A stretch of DNA of 64,000 bases from an uncultured Sulfolobales archaeon. GTDB taxonomy: Archaea > Thermoproteota > Thermoprotei_A > Sulfolobales > NBVN01. The notes below the pieces were generated by a model. It was not told the DNA's origin. It searched no databases and worked only from the letters and a program-made list of their open reading frames with translations. Numbering within the stretch: position 1 is the first letter of the stretch; every line of letters begins with the position of its first letter. The stretch spans positions 19,864 to 83,863 of the forward strand of contig CALIBI010000007.1 in the NCBI GenBank assembly GCA_938045815.1, given 5' to 3'. Made by a program: the position numbers and the translations under genes. Shown piece after piece: positions 62,184 through 64,000 of the stretch.

Positions 62184-62970
62184 GCTCCCGACGTAGCGTG
62201 TCGTCTCTGCTTAGCAGTATAGTGAAGACTAGAGTAAACCCACTAGCAACAGCTAAGAACTCAAAGAGATTAAAGAAGATCAGAGAACCTCCTAAAGGAA
62301 CGTCTAGGAAGTGTGTTGGGTAGGAGAGATTTGATACTGTTTTAGCTTGGTTCTGGAAAATATAGCCTTCTACACCGATTAAGAAACCTAAGACTAAGAG
62401 AGCTACGGAAGTGAAGCCCAGTAGTGTTAGGGATATATTCCTCACGGAAAGCATCTTACTGTAGGTTATTTTTCTCCCAATAAAGAACTGCTTACCGAAA
62501 ACTACCAGTAATAGTAGGGGGGCTACTGAAGCTATTGCTCCGCCCTGGAAGCCCCCGCCAGGTGTTAGGTGTCCGTGAAGAGCTGTTGAAGCAGCTACGG
62601 TCAGTATTGCTAGGGTCACTATGGCGGTAACTCTCTTAACAATAAGGCTTAACCCAGTACTACTAACGAACTCAGGTGCTTTAGCGATGCTTCGGAATAA
62701 GGTTAGAGCAGCGAGTATCGCGCCATAAAAGACTACAGTTTCGAATAGTGTATCAAGACCTCTATAATCCCAGACTATCGCAGCGACTGCCTCAGGTGAC
62801 GCTGTCCACAACCAAGAAACTTCCTGATTGTAGGTTAGGTTTAAGTAATTCTTAGCTATAGTTCTGATGTCTTGAGGCGGTAGATCTCCTAACCCGCCAG
62901 AATAAGTAAGGTATGTGAGGGCTAATATGATCAACACAAGCAACGACATGAAGACAAAATCTCTCAACAC
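62158..62970 (-). CDS. mnhB: Mrp/Mnh antiporter subunit B
   Basis: AIVWDYRGLDTLFE and HGHLTPGGGFQGG. Confidence 0.9.
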   Translation of the reverse strand: MLRDFVFMSLLVLIILALTYLTYSGGLGDLPPQDIRTIAKNYLNLTYNQEVSWLWTASPEAVAAIVWDYRGLDTLFETVVFYGAILAALTLFRSIAKAPEFVSSTGLSLIVKRVTAIVTLAILTVAASTALHGHLTPGGGFQGGAIASVAPLLLLVVFGKQFFIGRKITYSKMLSVRNISLTLLGFTSVALLVLGFLIGVEGYIFQNQAKTVSNLSYPTHFLDVPLGGSLIFFNLFEFLAVASGFTLVFTILLSRDDTLRRELEGEERGY

Positions 62971-63236
62971 TACGCTACCACCTCGTGCCTGCCGACCTTC
63001 TTAACCAGAAGTATCGCTACCAAGGGATAAATCCCTACAGCTACCGCTACGTACACCAAAACTATGTCAGGAGCTAGTAACAAGAAGTAAATAAGTGCGT
63101 AAGCAACACTCTGAACCGACGAGAAAACTACAGCTAACATTAAATCCTTAGTCCTGATAGCAAGGGAAGTAAATAAAACTGAGGAGAGAGCCGAGATACC
63201 CATAATCAGGAAAATCAGGTCGACATAATCCATCAT
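62970..63236 (-). CDS. Mrp/Mnh small subunit (DUF4040/MbhD-like)
   Basis: KDLMLAVV...LLAPDIVL...AVG; three TMs. Confidence 0.8.
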   Translation of the reverse strand: MMDYVDLIFLIMGISALSSVLFTSLAIRTKDLMLAVVFSSVQSVAYALIYFLLLAPDIVLVYVAVAVGIYPLVAILLVKKVGRHEVVA

Positions 63237-63619
63237 ACCTCACCCTTACTCCTATCTTCTTCCAGCTGATCCGTGATGACGGGTTTCACGGGCGCGGCTT
63301 TAGCCCTGTGCGTAGCTCTAGCTAGCGCGTGGCTACCTGCGCCAGCAAGCAGCAACTCTATGAAAGCAACAACTAGTGAAGCGCCGCACAAAAACCATCT
63401 GTAAGGCCCTAAGAAATCAGCACCCGCAGCTACTAAAGCAACACCTATTATGGGTAGGAAAGCACCCCCTATACTACCTACGGTAGCAGCATGTAATCTC
63501 GTGTAAAAGTTTGGGAATCTTATCATAGCTATTGAAGCAACTAAGTCGAAGAAAACTCCCGCAGTTATGAAGACCTGACCCAATATAACTAAGAACCACT
63601 CGATTAGTGTAGTCATCAT
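63233..63619 (-). CDS. mnhG: Mrp/Mnh antiporter subunit G
   Basis: RFPNFYTRLHAAT and SHALARA. Confidence 0.9.
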   Translation of the reverse strand: MMTTLIEWFLVILGQVFITAGVFFDLVASIAMIRFPNFYTRLHAATVGSIGGAFLPIIGVALVAAGADFLGPYRWFLCGASLVVAFIELLLAGAGSHALARATHRAKAAPVKPVITDQLEEDRSKGEV

Positions 63620-63906
63620 TAATCACCTAACTCTTTAGCTTCGAGGTATTTAGCTACGTAAATATCTAGAGAAAATATCCATAAAATCAAGGCAACCCCG
63701 CAAACAATTAGTAGAGGAGATCTTAAAATGATTGTTAAGATGATCATGAAAGCCGCCAAATCATAACCTAGTGCGTCAACAGCTAAGACCCTGTCAGATA
63801 GTGTAGGACCCTTAATTATTCTAACCATGTATAGAAGAAATGCAGTAAAGTAAGGAATCATAAGAGCGGTAAGGTATGTAGTCACCAGCCATTCCAGATC
63901 GGGCAT
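63619..63906 (-). CDS. mnhF: Mrp/Mnh antiporter subunit F
   Basis: RIIKGPTLSDRVLAVD and AKYLE. Confidence 0.9.
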   Translation of the reverse strand: MPDLEWLVTTYLTALMIPYFTAFLLYMVRIIKGPTLSDRVLAVDALGYDLAAFMIILTIILRSPLLIVCGVALILWIFSLDIYVAKYLEAKELGD

Positions 63907-64000
63907 GAAATCCGACCCATATTTAAGGATTAAGACGCCTTTTTAAGCATTATTTTAACGGTTTAGTAAGCTTCCAAAACCACATTTCTTTTGATGATCT

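Overview
This is a gene-dense, AT-rich archaeal chromosome segment. It has GGTG/GAGG ribosome-binding sites, TATA-like boxes and archaeal-type Taw1, short PurA and single-domain KaiC genes; a hyperthermophilic Thermoproteota (Desulfurococcales-like) origin is inferred, not proven. Most genes are housekeeping or metabolic: thiI, pyrB, two TldD/PmbA pairs, surE, taw1, a purine cluster (PRTase-guaA-FAD oxidoreductase-purA), valS, ino1, folE and a P-type ATPase. The last ~12 kb encodes an Mrp/Mnh antiporter plus a group-4 [NiFe]-hydrogenase ending in a GltD-like flavoprotein and a polyferredoxin. Several things are missing from the ORF track: a box C/D guide sRNA (10229-10281), two decayed pseudogenes, two frameshifted genes, two genes that appear to need non-canonical start codons, a degenerate IS200/IS605-type end, and a shared upstream motif in front of three exported-protein genes clustered around a membrane-anchored wHTH regulator. 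The strongest candidates for undescribed biology are (i) that putative envelope regulon, (ii) the uncharacterised FAD/Fe-S oxidoreductase sitting where IMP dehydrogenase is expected, (iii) the hydrogenase with an NAD(P)H-type module but no formate/CO dehydrogenase, and (iv) the C/D sRNA whose guides resemble antisense to the tRNA T-arm. No rRNA, tRNA or CRISPR array was seen. Family assignments are from motif recognition by eye; no database searches were run.
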